From NCBI GenBank assembly GCA_973895155.1, contig OZ316895.1, positions 804,435 through 868,434 on the forward strand: a stretch of 64,000 nt of DNA, given 5' to 3'. Below the pieces are notes generated by a model, which was not told the origin of the DNA, made no database searches, and saw only the letters and a list, made by a program, of their open reading frames with translations. The position numbers were made by a program, and so were the translations under genes. This stretch comes from Marsupella aquatica (taxonomy: Eukaryota > Plantae > Marchantiophyta). Shown here piece by piece: positions 63,608-64,000 of this stretch (position 1 is its first letter; each line of letters begins with the position of its first letter).

Positions 63608-64000
63608 ATGAGTGACTCGGAGGATATTGGAAGAATTGGCATCGGTGGAGCTTCAGGATCACAACGATCAGACGAAGAGTCTGAGGAGGAGCTGCTACCG
63701 TTTGAAGAAGAACTAGTGTCACCGGTACGATCACCGGTGCTGCGTGCAGTGGAGGAAGTTGTACTACTACCAGAGTTGTTGGTAGTGGGGAAGAAGAGGG
63801 AGATGGCAAGATTTGGAGGAGTGAAGTTTGAGGTGGAGAAGTATGATGGTCGTATTGATTACTTGTTGTGGGAGAAGCAAGTGAAGGGTGTTCTTAGGGC
63901 CATGGGCTTAGCTCATCTGCTTTCTTCGCGAAAGCAGTATGATGGAGAGGAGGAGATTTCTGTGAAGCAGTGGAGATAGGAGCAGGTGATTGCTGTCAAT
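63608..64000 (+). pseudogene. Copia gag N-terminus, premature TAG at 63977
   Basis: GVKFEVEKYDGRIDYLLWEKQVKGVLRAMGL (Tnt1/Tork-like gag start). The frame continues to the window end. Confidence 0.8.

Larger units (their letters stand above)
61399..64000 (+). mobile_element. Ty1/copia element 5' part: 5'-truncated LTR 61399-61988, Met-i PBS, long leader, gag
   Basis: The LTR ends CTCAACA, PBS TGGTATCAGA is at 61991-62000, and gag lies downstream. Confidence 0.85.

Overview
Eukaryotic, intron-rich plant DNA. The gene style and transposon repertoire suggest a non-seed plant such as a bryophyte (inference). Host genes: the 3' ten exons of a base-exchange phosphatidylserine synthase (+, 233-3531), a convergent LARGE/GT49-like glycosyltransferase (-, 4463 to at least 7291) and an unidentified, apparently frameshifted type II membrane protein gene (+, from 52217). 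About 9-49 kb and 57-64 kb are nested transposons. A CACTA element (11810-34332, TGA TSD) hosts a 16-kb gene-rich Ty3/gypsy element (-, 16555-32512). There is also a Bianca-type Ty1/copia with identical 118-bp LTRs (36117-42349), several MITEs, an orphan retro-accessory gene (58195-59936) and the start of a second copia preceded by an inverted LTR copy. The most unusual object is the gypsy element. Its ~1.85-kb LTRs share a 1.2-kb part encoding an RPA70-C-like OB-fold/Zn protein plus a TATA promoter. Each LTR then switches, at a start codon, to a different cassette of two overlapping ~100-aa ORFs. The element also has a long integrase C-terminal extension and a head-to-head pair of related accessory genes associated with 8-bp CG-containing tandem arrays. 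All family assignments are by eye; no database searches were run.
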